Positions 8,155-17,880 of a DNA stretch of 64,000 bases are shown piece by piece. A program made the position numbers and the translations under genes. The stretch spans positions 193,309-257,308 of the forward strand of contig JAJEJD010000012.1 in NCBI GenBank assembly GCA_022828125.1, in the 5' to 3' direction. Positions within the stretch are counted from its first letter, which is position 1. The number at the start of each line of letters is the position of its first letter. The stretch comes from a bacterium. GTDB taxonomy: Bacteria; UBA8248. The notes under the pieces are model-generated. The model searched no databases and was not told the DNA's origin. It saw nothing but the letters and a program-made list of their open reading frames with translations.

Positions 8155-9249
8155 CTATAGCAGACAGGTGCCGTCCACGCAGACGGGGCCGCCTTCGAGC
8201 GCTCTTCCGTCGATTGCGCGCAGCACCGGGTTCGTCATGTGGCCCCAGCCGGGAATGAAGGCCGAGAAACGGCCCGCCTCCCCGCCCGCCACGAACAGGT
8301 GAATGTTCTCGGGAGACGGCACGATGGGGATTCTCTCATCCGGCTCGCGCCTGTACCACTTGGGGATGTTGCGGTTGTAAACTTTTCCGTAGCGGTGGTT
8401 GAACGAGATATCGGCGAACGTGTTCCTGGTGTGCATCCACAGGTAGCTCTTCACGTCGTTCCGCGTCCAGTTCTTTGCGCTGATGGTCGCCCCGTGCTCG
8501 GGGCTGATGACGACGGCGCACGAGCCGCTGCTCACCGAATTGTTGTGCGCGATCGTGCTCATCGCCGAGCAGATGCTGTCGAGGATGCCCTCGGGATCGT
8601 CCGAGATGTGGTTCGTCACGCTGTGGGGCGCCTCGGCCGCGATGGCGAAGACCGTGGAATCCTCGGGCGCGTAGCCCTGTTCCACGTGGTAGGGCGCCCA
8701 GGGGCTGGCCTCTTCGTTCTCCGCGATGCAGTAGGTGTATTTGGTGGGACAGCCCAGCGTGCTCTTGTCCAGATCGCCCGGCCACGCGCCGCCGGCGTTC
8801 AAGAGCATCATCCGCACCGCGCGGCCTATCGTCGCGTTGGCGCGGTTGCCCGAGCCGAACACGTTGCAGCCCGCGTTCATGCCGATCTCGTGCCGAACCG
8901 GCCCGTTCACCACGATGAGCGGGCACGCCATGTGTGTTGTGGCCTGCACGCCGTTCAGGTTGAAATGGGGGTCGCAAAGCGCCAGCATCGCCGCGCGGAC
9001 GACGGGCGCGTACTCCGCCTTGCAGCCCGCCATTACCATGTTGATCGCCAGAACCTCTCTCGTGAGGTTGCCCCAGCGAGGCGGCACGCGGCACTCGATG
9101 TAGTCTTTATCTCCGCCCAGGGCTGAGACGGCAGCGTCTATCTTCTCGGGCGTGGGCGGGACGACGGGAAGCCCGTCCGAGAAGCCCTGCTCGTAGTAGT
9201 ACTCCACCAAGTCGACTTCCTGATCCACCATCTGCGTCGTCTGCGACAT
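8155..9249 (-). CDS. conserved hypothetical protein (Cys-rich, 364 aa), first gene of the apparent operon
   Basis: Long ORF with GC-typical codon usage. The next gene follows 28 bp downstream. I do not recognise the family. Confidence 0.5.
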   Translation of the reverse strand: MSQTTQMVDQEVDLVEYYYEQGFSDGLPVVPPTPEKIDAAVSALGGDKDYIECRVPPRWGNLTREVLAINMVMAGCKAEYAPVVRAAMLALCDPHFNLNGVQATTHMACPLIVVNGPVRHEIGMNAGCNVFGSGNRANATIGRAVRMMLLNAGGAWPGDLDKSTLGCPTKYTYCIAENEEASPWAPYHVEQGYAPEDSTVFAIAAEAPHSVTNHISDDPEGILDSICSAMSTIAHNNSVSSGSCAVVISPEHGATISAKNWTRNDVKSYLWMHTRNTFADISFNHRYGKVYNRNIPKWYRREPDERIPIVPSPENIHLFVAGGEAGRFSAFIPGWGHMTNPVLRAIDGRALEGGPVCVDGTCLL

Positions 9250-9368
9250 GCCGAATCACTCCTGCTCGTTGAATCTCAAGAAAAAATCATCATAAACCGA
9301 ATCCCACAAAAAGAAAAAGACGGGATGGCGGAGAGGAGGAAATCGAAACGTCTTTGAAATCAGCTTTT

Positions 9369-9926
9369 CTAGGCGTCCGGAAAGAGCGTTTCCGCGTCCT
9401 TGAGCGCGCCTTCGGCCTGCTCGGGGGTAAGGCCCTTCACGCCTGAGAGATCGACGCCCCGGATGTCGGCGAGCTCCAGGTCGGCGTCGTCGATGAGCGC
9501 GTCCGTAAGGTTCACCCCCCCGAGTTTCGCCCGCTGAAGCGATGTCCCGCGCAGGTCGGCTCCGCTCAAGTCGGCGCCCGTCAAATCCGCGAACTTAAGA
9601 CCCGCCGACATCATGTTCGCCCCGGCCATGCGCGCGCCGGTGAGGTTCGTCCCCTCGAGGCTGGACTGGAACAGATCGGCCCCTTCGAGATTGGCGCCCG
9701 TCAAGTCCGCCCCGTCCAGGTTCGCCCATTGCGCGTTGGCGCCCGCGAGGCGCGCTTCGCGCAAATCCGCTTTAGTGAGATTCACCATGAAAAGGCTGAT
9801 GATTTCGAGATTCGCGCCTGCAAAGTCGGCGCGCTCTCCGCGCGCGCCCGAACTTTGCAGCCACTTTCCGTGGGCTTCGATTTTTTCGGCGAAAAGAGCC
9901 TCCTGCTCCACCTGGTCCGGCGCCAT
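9369..9926 (-). CDS. pentapeptide repeat protein
   Basis: Repeating A(D/N)LxG pentapeptides: ADLTGANLEGADLFQ, ADLTGADLSGADLRG. Confidence 0.8.
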   Translation of the reverse strand: MAPDQVEQEALFAEKIEAHGKWLQSSGARGERADFAGANLEIISLFMVNLTKADLREARLAGANAQWANLDGADLTGANLEGADLFQSSLEGTNLTGARMAGANMMSAGLKFADLTGADLSGADLRGTSLQRAKLGGVNLTDALIDDADLELADIRGVDLSGVKGLTPEQAEGALKDAETLFPDA

Positions 9927-10196
9927 GGGCAGGCCGAAGCCGCCGCCCCCCTGGGGAGGTCCGCCTCCTGAGGGAGGGTCGTCCTTTTGCGTGAACCAGC
10001 CGAAAATCTTCCTGAGGATGGCGCACCTCGCTTTCCGAATACCAAGGCCGTACGGTTCGATGAGTAATGAGGATAAAACCGGTTTTTTCTTGCCTCAAGC
10101 CCCAGCCTTTTGTCAAACAGGCGGCGGCTTCAGGCGCTCCATGAAAGTCGGGCCGGGCGGCTCATTCTCCCCGAAAAAGCGGTCGCCCATGAATTG

Positions 10197-11039
10197 CTAT
10201 TCCGGCGGCAGGGAGGCCAGAAACTCATGGCAGATGCGCGCGAATGCGTCGGGCCGCTCGATGAGCGCCACGTGGCCCGTGCCCTCCATGATGATGAGTT
10301 TGGAGCCCTCGATGCGCTCGTGGATCTCCTTCGCGTGGTGGGGGTCGACGATCAGGTCGCGATCCGAACAGGTGATGAGCGTGGGAACTCGTATCCGGTG
10401 AAGACGCTCGAGGGTGTCCCCCTCCAGACAGGCGCGCAGTTGCCCCTCCCAGCCCAGGTCGACGCCGGATTGCTCGGTAAGCCACCTTCTCTTCTGCTCC
10501 AGAAGCTCGGCGTTCGCGTCGTAGAATTCATGGGAATAAAGCCCGAGAAGACTCAGTTCCACGAGCGCTTCGCGCTCCCCGCGCGCGGCGAGATTCATGC
10601 GGGCGCGCTGAAAAGAACCCAGCCGCGGGCAGTTTCTCGCCCAGGTGTGGTGGAGCCCCAGGCTCACGACGCGCTCGGGGTGGCGAAGCGTGAGTTCGGT
10701 AGAGATGTGCCCCCCCATGGAAAAACCCATCACGTGGGCGCGCTCCACGCCCGCGGCGTCCAGAACGACTGCTGCGTCATCCGCCATGTCCGCGAGCGTA
10801 TACCCCGGCGCGGGCGCCGTGCTCCTGCCCACCCCCCGGTTGTCGATGACGACGCAGCGGTAGTCCGCGCTCAGCAAGGGAAGCTGCGCCGACCAGAAGG
10901 TGTGGTCATGCCCCGTTCCGCTCACCAGCAAAAGGGGGTGCCCCTCTCCCTGGGTGTCATAGAAAATCTCTACGCCTGATTCCAGCGTTACGAACGGCAT
11001 GGGAAGGTCCTCAAAAAAGCGGGCGGCGCGCGCCATCAC
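10197..11039 (-). CDS. alpha/beta hydrolase fold protein
   Basis: HPLLLVSGTGHD..., GFSMGG nucleophile elbow, C-terminal GTGH. Confidence 0.7.
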   Translation of the reverse strand: MMARAARFFEDLPMPFVTLESGVEIFYDTQGEGHPLLLVSGTGHDHTFWSAQLPLLSADYRCVVIDNRGVGRSTAPAPGYTLADMADDAAVVLDAAGVERAHVMGFSMGGHISTELTLRHPERVVSLGLHHTWARNCPRLGSFQRARMNLAARGEREALVELSLLGLYSHEFYDANAELLEQKRRWLTEQSGVDLGWEGQLRACLEGDTLERLHRIRVPTLITCSDRDLIVDPHHAKEIHERIEGSKLIIMEGTGHVALIERPDAFARICHEFLASLPPE

Positions 11040-11716
11040 ATCCTGGGTTCATCCTCGGGTCCCCAGAAGAACGGGTCGAGCAGCAAGCCCTCGCGCGGTA
11101 TCTGCGCGGCGGGCGTGAGCCCCTGTTTGAGTTTCAGGCGGTGAATCGTCCGCAAGTGCACGAGCGCCTCCCAATACATCTGCCGGAGCATCCCCGCCAG
11201 CGTGTAGGTGAACTTCGTCTCGTCTTCGGGGTCCTGCGCGAGACCCTCGTCGTGAAACGTGGAGACGTGCATCCAGAACCGGTATACCGGCAGGTCCGTA
11301 TCCCCCATCAGCAACTCTGGCTTGAAAATGCGGGTGATGGAAAGCGACTTCAACTCATCTTCCGTCTTTCCTTGGGCGGCGCGTTCGGCGAAATGAATCG
11401 CCTCGTCGAACTTGGGCAGCAAATCCTCCAATTTCCAGTATTTCTCCTCATCCAGCCTGCGGTCGTACTGATTGGGGGCCGCTTTCGTGAAATCCACCGG
11501 GTCTTCCGGCGGGTTCTCCGGCCAGAGCGTCTTGCCCCACATCTTCACCCACCAGAAGAAATAGGCGAGCGCCACGTGGCTTATATGCCGCCTGATGCTC
11601 CAGCGCGACCACTCTTCCGATGGGTCCTCCCAGTCGAGCTGGGCGTCGCTCAGCCCTTCCACTTCCCGGTGATACATCGCGCGCAACGCCTGAAAATCGG
11701 GGACTCCCTCGCTCAC
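11036..11716 (-). CDS. hypothetical protein, possibly DinB/YfiT-like
   Basis: 226 aa ORF whose stop overlaps the downstream start. Family assignment is weak. Confidence 0.4.
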   Translation of the reverse strand: MSEGVPDFQALRAMYHREVEGLSDAQLDWEDPSEEWSRWSIRRHISHVALAYFFWWVKMWGKTLWPENPPEDPVDFTKAAPNQYDRRLDEEKYWKLEDLLPKFDEAIHFAERAAQGKTEDELKSLSITRIFKPELLMGDTDLPVYRFWMHVSTFHDEGLAQDPEDETKFTYTLAGMLRQMYWEALVHLRTIHRLKLKQGLTPAAQIPREGLLLDPFFWGPEDEPRM

Positions 11717-11819
11717 GCCCGTCTCCTCCCGAATGAATGCTCTCTCATCATCAAACCACCCAACCTTCCTTCATCCACTGATAGTCGCCGAACGGGGCGA
11801 GAGGGGCAACGCCCGGGCG

Positions 11820-13367
11820 CTAGAGAATCCGCAAATCCACACCCGTCATCTCGGGAGGCGGGGAAACCCCCATCAACCCCAGCAGGGTGGGCGCCACGTC
11901 GCAAAGCGCGCCGCCTGATCTGAGCGGGCCGTCGAAACCGGGCGCCATGACGATGCAGGGCGTCTCGTTCAGCGTGTGTGCGGTGTGCGGGCAGTCGTTC
12001 TCCACGTCCCACATCGTCTCGCAATTTCCGTGATCCGCCGTCACCACCGCCGCCCCGCCCGCGCGCTCCAGCGCTTCGAGAATGCGCCCGAGACAGAGGT
12101 CCACGAAACCGGCGGCCCGCACGGCGGCGCTCTCGACACCCGTGTGTCCCACCATGTCCGGATTGGCGTAGTTGAGAATAATGGCGTCATTCTCACCCCG
12201 CTCGATGGCGTCCAGTACCACTTCCGTTACTCCTTCTGCGCTCATCTCGGGCTTTAGATCATAGGTGGCCACCTTGGGCGAAGGAACCATGCGCCGCCTC
12301 TCGCCGGGGGGCGGCTCCTCCTCCCCGCCGTTAAAGAAATACGTGACGTGCGGATATTTCTCCGTCTCGGCGACTCTGAGACACGTCCGCCTTGCATCGG
12401 CCAGCGCGTGGCAGAACAGACCCTCCATCTTCAATGGGGGAAACGCGACGGGAAGGGCGAAGCGATCGTCGTATTCCGTCATGCAGGCGTAATGGACCGA
12501 TGGCCCGCCCGAGACGTCGAAGCCGTCGAACCCGTCATCTGTGAAGGCGCTGGTGATCTGCCGCACCCTGTCCGCGCGGAAGTTCATGCAGATCACGGCG
12601 TCGCCGTCTCGAATCAACCCCACCGGACGCCCGTTGTCGGTGAGCACCACCGGCTCGATGAACTCATCCGTCACCCCCTGCGCATAGGAGGCCTCTATCG
12701 CCGCAGCAGCGCTCGGGGCATGGATGCCTTCTCCTGCCGTCATGGCCCTGTAGGCGCGCTCGGCCCTCTCCCACCGCCTGTCCCGGTCCATCGCGTAGTA
12801 GCGCCCGATGACGGTGGCGAGTTCGGCCCCCGCCTCGCGCCGCAGACTCTCCTCGTAACGACCCACGAAGTCCAGCCCCGAACGGGGAGGCGTATCCCTC
12901 CCGTCGGTGAAGGCGTGCGCGAAAATTCGCTCGACACCGGTTTTTCTCCCCAGCCGCGCCAGCGCCACCCCGTGATCCTGGAGGCTGTGTACGCCGCCGT
13001 CCGATACGAGGCCGATGACGTGCAGGGCGCCGCCATTTTCTTTGGCTTTTTGAATGCACTCCACAAACGGGGGGAGTTCGAAGAAATCACCCGCCTCAAT
13101 GGAGCGGTCGATGCGAACGATGTCCTGATCCACCACGCGGCCGGCGCCGAGGTTCAGATGCCCCACTTCGGAATTGCCCATCTGGCCGTCGGGAAGACCC
13201 ACGGCGCGCCCCGAGGTGACGAGACGGGTGTGGGGGCGGTGAGTGAGCAGGGCGTCCATGATCGGGGTATCGGCCAATGCGACGGCGTTATGCGCGCGCT
13301 CATCGGATAATCCCCATCCGTCCAGCACGATGAGCATGACGGGGCGAGGGTAGTTCAACGGCTTCAC
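11820..13367 (-). CDS. gpmI: 2,3-bisphosphoglycerate-independent phosphoglycerate mutase
   Basis: MLIVLDGWGLSD..., GNSEVGHLNLGAGRVV, C-terminal ADHGN are iPGM hallmarks; 515 aa. Confidence 0.9.
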   Translation of the reverse strand: MKPLNYPRPVMLIVLDGWGLSDERAHNAVALADTPIMDALLTHRPHTRLVTSGRAVGLPDGQMGNSEVGHLNLGAGRVVDQDIVRIDRSIEAGDFFELPPFVECIQKAKENGGALHVIGLVSDGGVHSLQDHGVALARLGRKTGVERIFAHAFTDGRDTPPRSGLDFVGRYEESLRREAGAELATVIGRYYAMDRDRRWERAERAYRAMTAGEGIHAPSAAAAIEASYAQGVTDEFIEPVVLTDNGRPVGLIRDGDAVICMNFRADRVRQITSAFTDDGFDGFDVSGGPSVHYACMTEYDDRFALPVAFPPLKMEGLFCHALADARRTCLRVAETEKYPHVTYFFNGGEEEPPPGERRRMVPSPKVATYDLKPEMSAEGVTEVVLDAIERGENDAIILNYANPDMVGHTGVESAAVRAAGFVDLCLGRILEALERAGGAAVVTADHGNCETMWDVENDCPHTAHTLNETPCIVMAPGFDGPLRSGGALCDVAPTLLGLMGVSPPPEMTGVDLRIL

Positions 13368-13402
13368 ACGACCTTTCCGGAAAAGCGGATATGCTTTTTC
13401 TG

Positions 13403-14332
13403 TTATCTGGAGTCGAAAACGCGGACGAATTGCAGCTTCTTCTTATCCCACCGCCAGAATTCCTCGATGGGAAAACGTTCGATTAGAATCTCGTTTTTAT
13501 CTTTCCCGCCCTTGAGATTGAAGACCCGCTCCTCGTATTTCCTGACCCCCTTGAGGATGAGGGTGGCCGGATTGCCCGGCCCGTTGAAGCGGAAACGAAC
13601 CTTGGCGCTCAGGTCTTCGCTTCTCTGGACAGCCCGGGTTCTCGCATCGTTCAGGTACGCCTTCGGCCATCTCAGTTCCTCTTGCAAGTGAGCGAACCAC
13701 ACCAGTTCGAAGCGGCGCTTTTGGGCCGGCTTGATGACCCGCACGGCGTCTGAATAGCGGTCGTTCGACTCCTCGCGGACGTTGACTATCAATTCGTGCG
13801 ATCCGTCCCCCGTCAAATCGGCGATCTGGTAGGTGATCTCCCGCCCCCGGCTCAAGTCGCTGTAGGAGGCGAGCGGCTTGCGGGCGCTCTTGTCGTCATC
13901 CATCAGGCAAAAGGAGATGTAGTGGTCCTTGGCGTGATCCGACTGGATGACCATGAGGGTTTCGAGGCGTTTGTCCGCGTCCATGTTGAGCGGGATAAAA
14001 TCCACCGTGAAGGCGTAATTCTTGAGATGATCGGAAGAGAGGTACCAGGGCCATTCGTTTTCAGGGAGCGGGCAGTTCGACAGAGCGTTGAGTTGCACGT
14101 TGGCGTCCGAGGAGAAAAATTTACGAACCAGCAGCCAATCCTGGGGCTTCTCCAGCCGCTTGAGATGGGAGACGAGACGGGAAACGCGTCTTTGCTCTAT
14201 CGCCTCGGGGGTCTCCGGCGCAGCCGCAGAGACCCCCATGCTCCAAGCCGAAGCAAGGAGCCACAATATCAAGGCCATCCCCATGAGGCCTCTCATCGCA
14301 TGCTCCTTATCGAGCGCTACCCTATGAAGCAA
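13403..14332 (-). CDS. hypothetical secreted protein (signal peptide)
   Basis: N-terminal hydrophobic signal MGMALILWLLASAWSMGVSAAAP; no recognisable domain. Confidence 0.45.
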   Translation of the reverse strand: MLHRVALDKEHAMRGLMGMALILWLLASAWSMGVSAAAPETPEAIEQRRVSRLVSHLKRLEKPQDWLLVRKFFSSDANVQLNALSNCPLPENEWPWYLSSDHLKNYAFTVDFIPLNMDADKRLETLMVIQSDHAKDHYISFCLMDDDKSARKPLASYSDLSRGREITYQIADLTGDGSHELIVNVREESNDRYSDAVRVIKPAQKRRFELVWFAHLQEELRWPKAYLNDARTRAVQRSEDLSAKVRFRFNGPGNPATLILKGVRKYEERVFNLKGGKDKNEILIERFPIEEFWRWDKKKLQFVRVFDSR

Positions 14333-14370
14333 TATCGACTCACCATTCTACACTAAAATGCAAATAATAC

Positions 14371-15333
14371 CTAGGGCCGGAGCAGCACCTTGATTATGCC
14401 CTTTTCGCGGGCTTTTTCAAATGCTTCGGGCGCGTTTCGCAGGGCGAAGCGGCCATGAATCATCGAGGACGTGCGAACCGCGTCCGTCTCGAGCGCCCGA
14501 ATCGCAGGCGCGAAAGGCCCGCAGCGCGAACCCAGGATTGTGATTTCATCCACCACGACGGAGGATAGATTCAGGCGAGCTTCGGAAGCCACCGTGCTTT
14601 TGAGCACCAGCACGCCTCGGGGCTTCGCCTTCGAGACGGCGAGGGAAAACCCCTCCGCAGCGCCCGTGGCCTCGATCACGACGGGCCACCCCTCCCCCCC
14701 GGAGCAGACGGCCTGCGCAGGATCGCTCCAGACGGGAATCTCCAAAGAGGCGAGCAGCGCCATTTTTTCCGGGTGGCGGCCCAGCAGACACACTCTCGCC
14801 CCGGCGGTGTGGAGCACTTGGGTCTGGAGCAAACCGAGCCTCCCGTCTCCAATCACCAAAACCTCGCGCTCCACGATTTCGGGAAACTGCTCGATCACCT
14901 CGAAACAGGCAGCCAGAGGCTCGCAAAAAACGGCCGCCTCATCTTCCACGGCGTCGGGAATGGGGTGTAAGTTCCGACTCGGCAGGCAGGTATATTCCGC
15001 AAAAGCGCCGGGGCGGTCGAGAATGCCCAGGACGCTTCTCTCGGGACAATGACGTTCCATACCACCTGCGCACCAGGGGCAATCCCCGCACCCGCAGTTA
15101 ATCTCGCCCACCACCCTGCGTCCCAAAAGCGGGTGCGCCTCCGGCCCCACCACCACGCCGACGAACTCATGGCCCAGCACGCCCCGGAAATTCATGTACC
15201 CGCGAATGAGCTCCAGGTCCGTGGCGCAAATGCCCGCAAGACTCACCCGGACGAGGGCTTCATCCGCGAGGGGCTCGGGGCGCGCTACCTCTTTCAAAGA
15301 GGGGCCGTTCTCCTCCAGCACGTAGGCAAGCAA
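14371..15333 (-). CDS. zinc-dependent alcohol dehydrogenase family (MDR) oxidoreductase
   Basis: GICATDLELIRG, GHEFVGVV, structural-zinc CGCGDCPWC, Rossmann VLVIGDGRLG. Confidence 0.8.
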   Translation of the reverse strand: MLAYVLEENGPSLKEVARPEPLADEALVRVSLAGICATDLELIRGYMNFRGVLGHEFVGVVVGPEAHPLLGRRVVGEINCGCGDCPWCAGGMERHCPERSVLGILDRPGAFAEYTCLPSRNLHPIPDAVEDEAAVFCEPLAACFEVIEQFPEIVEREVLVIGDGRLGLLQTQVLHTAGARVCLLGRHPEKMALLASLEIPVWSDPAQAVCSGGEGWPVVIEATGAAEGFSLAVSKAKPRGVLVLKSTVASEARLNLSSVVVDEITILGSRCGPFAPAIRALETDAVRTSSMIHGRFALRNAPEAFEKAREKGIIKVLLRP

Positions 15334-15404
15334 CCGGTGATCTCTTTTACGGGGTCCAGGGCGGCTCGGAGCGGTTCGGGATTTTCTCGGCGCGGCGCGG
15401 CAAT

Positions 15405-16139
15405 TTATTCGCGCGCTCTCAAGGCCTCCTTCACGCGGCCGACTCCCAGATGTTCGGCGATTACGTCCTCTCGCGCAAGGAGCTCTTCGCTCGTTCCCTC
15501 GAAGGCGACGAAACCGCGGCTCAGCACGTAGAAATAATCGCCCACCTCCAGCGCCAGGGAGAGGTTCTGTTCCACGAGGAGGATGGAGAGGCCGTGCGTG
15601 CGGGTCTTCATGATTCCGTCCCTGATGGAGCGGACGAGGCCGGGCGCGAGCCCTTCAGTCGGCTCATCGAGCAGAATCAGCCTTGGACGCGCCACCAGGG
15701 CGCGCGCGATCACGAGCATCTGCTGCTCACCGCCGCTCAGGCTCCCCGCCAGTTGTCTGGCGCGCTCTTCCAGGACAGGGAAAAACGCCAGCGCTTCGCT
15801 GACGCCGTTCGCGTCGGAGTGCGGGCTGGCCTGCGCCGCCACGCGGATGTTCTCCTCCACGCTCAAGGAACCAAAGGGCCGCCTGTCCTCGGGCACGTAG
15901 GCCACTCCCATGCGGGCGACCTGGTGAGCCGCCATCGTGTCGATACGCTGCTCCTCGAAGAGGATTTCGCCTGAAGTGGCGGACACGAGCCCTATGATGG
16001 ACTTGAGCGTCGTGCTCTTGCCCGCGCCGTTGCGCCCGATGAGGCAGACGATTTTGCCTGCGCCCACCTCGAGGTCTACGCCGTGGAGAACGTGGGCGCT
16101 CCCGTAATGGACGTGGAGTGAGGAGACTTTGAGCATCAA
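15405..16139 (-). CDS. livF: branched-chain amino acid ABC transporter ATP-binding protein LivF
   Basis: Walker A GRNGAGKST, LSGGEQQML, LLDEP. TTG start overlaps the livG stop. Confidence 0.85.
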   Translation of the reverse strand: MMLKVSSLHVHYGSAHVLHGVDLEVGAGKIVCLIGRNGAGKSTTLKSIIGLVSATSGEILFEEQRIDTMAAHQVARMGVAYVPEDRRPFGSLSVEENIRVAAQASPHSDANGVSEALAFFPVLEERARQLAGSLSGGEQQMLVIARALVARPRLILLDEPTEGLAPGLVRSIRDGIMKTRTHGLSILLVEQNLSLALEVGDYFYVLSRGFVAFEGTSEELLAREDVIAEHLGVGRVKEALRARE

Positions 16140-16895
16140 TCCTCCTCCACTTCGACGGCGCCCAGATAGGCGTCCTGCACCTGAGGGTCCTGGCTGATCT
16201 GCTCGGGCGGACCCTGGGCGATCACCCGGCCCTGCGTCATCACGGTGATTTTATCCGAAATCGAGAGAACCACCTCCGTGTCGTGCTCTACGAGGAGGAC
16301 GCTCGTGCGCTCCGCGATTTGCCTTACCAGGCGGGCGATGCGCTCGGTCTCCGTTCGGGACATGCCCGCCGTCGGTTCATCGAGCAACAGGACCTCGGGG
16401 TTGAGCGCAAGCCCGATCGCCACCTCGAGCACGCGCTTGTCCCCGTGTCCCAACTCCTCGGGCCGCAGGTGGGCCTTCTCGATCAGCCCGACCACCTCCA
16501 GCGATTCCTCCGCGTCCTCGCGGGCCTCGATGCAGGCGCTCGCCTTTCGGAAGAAATCGAAATTGTATCCCTCTCGGGAGCGCGCCGCGAGTTCGACGTT
16601 CTCGCGCGCGCTCAATTCGCCGAAGACCTGGGTGATCTGGAAGGTGCGGACAATCCCCGTCTTCACCAGCTTGTGGGAAGGCAGATGGGTGACGTCGCTC
16701 CCGTTCAACGACACCTTGCCGGCGTCGGGACGGAGGAATCCGGTGATGCAGTTGAACAGCGTCGTCTTGCCGGCGCCGTTCGGGCCGATGAGCGCGTGCA
16801 CCTGCCCGGCTTCGATGTCCAGGGACACGTCGTTCACGGCGTGCAGGGCGCCGAAGGACTTGTGGAGGCCTTCTACTACGAACGCGCCGGCCACA
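16136..16895 (-). CDS. livG: branched-chain amino acid ABC transporter ATP-binding protein LivG
   Basis: GPNGAGKTT, the LivG-specific insertion, LLLDEPTAGM. The ORF track extends it to 17440, but that part overlaps livM in another frame. Start taken at a GTG near 16895. Confidence 0.75.
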
Positions 16896-17880
16896 GCCGT
16901 CTCCAGATTCTCTCGGCGATGCCTGCGATTCCCGAGGGCATGAACAAGACGGCGAGCACGAAAGCGAGCCCGAAAGAAAACTGCCACGCCCGGTACATCG
17001 TCGTCACCTGATCGCGGATGAATATGAAGCCTATCGAGCCGATAATCGGGCCGAAAAGCGTTCCGATGCCGCCCAGAATCGTGATGGCCAGTATGTTGCC
17101 CGACTCGATCCAGTAGAGCGACATCGGGTTCGCGCCCGCCTTCAGGAAGACGAAGAGCGTTCCCGCCACGCCGCCCGTCATCCAGGAAAGGATGAGAATC
17201 ACCAGCTTGTGCCGCCTCACGTCGATGCCGATGGCCGCCGCCCTGTCCTCGTTCGCGCGAATCGCCAGCAGGGTTTTCCCGAAGGGAGACTCCACCACCC
17301 TCCTCAGAAGAAGATAGCAGACGATGAGCGTAGCCGCGGTGAGGAGGTAGAACTCCTCGCCGGGCTCCACCTCCCGGCCGAAGAGCGTGGGCAGCGGAAC
17401 GCCGATCAAGCCGTCCAGCCCGCCGGTGAACGAGCGCCACACGACGGATATCTGGAACAGGACCTGGCAGATGCAGAGCGTGAGAATGGCGAAGGCGATT
17501 CCCGAGAGGCGCGTCACCACCAGGCCGGTCAGAAACGCCACCGCGGCGGCGGCGGCGATGGCCACGATGGTCGAGAGGAAAAAATCCGCGGAAATGTTCA
17601 TGGCGAATATGCCCGCGGCATAAGTCGCGAAGCCGAAACTCGCCGCGTGGCCGAACGAGACGAGTCCCGTGTAGCCCACCAGCAAATCGAGGCTCATCGC
17701 CCAGATGCCGAAGATCAAAGCCTCGGTGAGCAGGGTGATGAAAAACGGGCTGGCGCCCAGAAACGGAACCGCCAGCACCAGGAGCGCGGAGCCGGCGAGC
17801 AGCACCCGCGTCGCCACTTCCCGCGAACGGGTCTTCGAGGCGTCTTCTACCAGGTTTTCCACCTCAGGCGATGCGGCCAC
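16876..17880 (-). CDS. livM: branched-chain amino acid ABC transporter permease LivM
   Basis: Polytopic hydrophobic protein with the LivM pattern (GYTGLVSFGHAA..., IRANEDRAAAIGI). Confidence 0.8.
   Translation of the reverse strand: MAASPEVENLVEDASKTRSREVATRVLLAGSALLVLAVPFLGASPFFITLLTEALIFGIWAMSLDLLVGYTGLVSFGHAASFGFATYAAGIFAMNISADFFLSTIVAIAAAAAVAFLTGLVVTRLSGIAFAILTLCICQVLFQISVVWRSFTGGLDGLIGVPLPTLFGREVEPGEEFYLLTAATLIVCYLLLRRVVESPFGKTLLAIRANEDRAAAIGIDVRRHKLVILILSWMTGGVAGTLFVFLKAGANPMSLYWIESGNILAITILGGIGTLFGPIIGSIGFIFIRDQVTTMYRAWQFSFGLAFVLAVLFMPSGIAGIAERIWRRLWPARS

Noticed and set aside
9250-9368. Possible tRNA or small RNA in lower-GC intergenic segments (9250..9368, 20000..20400, 50520..50760)
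   Set aside because: I could not identify a cloverleaf, or conserved T-loop (GTTCRANNC) plus acceptor pairing, by eye. tRNAscan/Infernal are needed, and I make no call.
16896-17440. N-terminal 180 aa extension of the livG ORF (16136..17440)
   Set aside because: It overlaps livM in another frame, has an Arg/Gly/His-rich low-complexity composition, and the Walker A motif begins only after about 16895.
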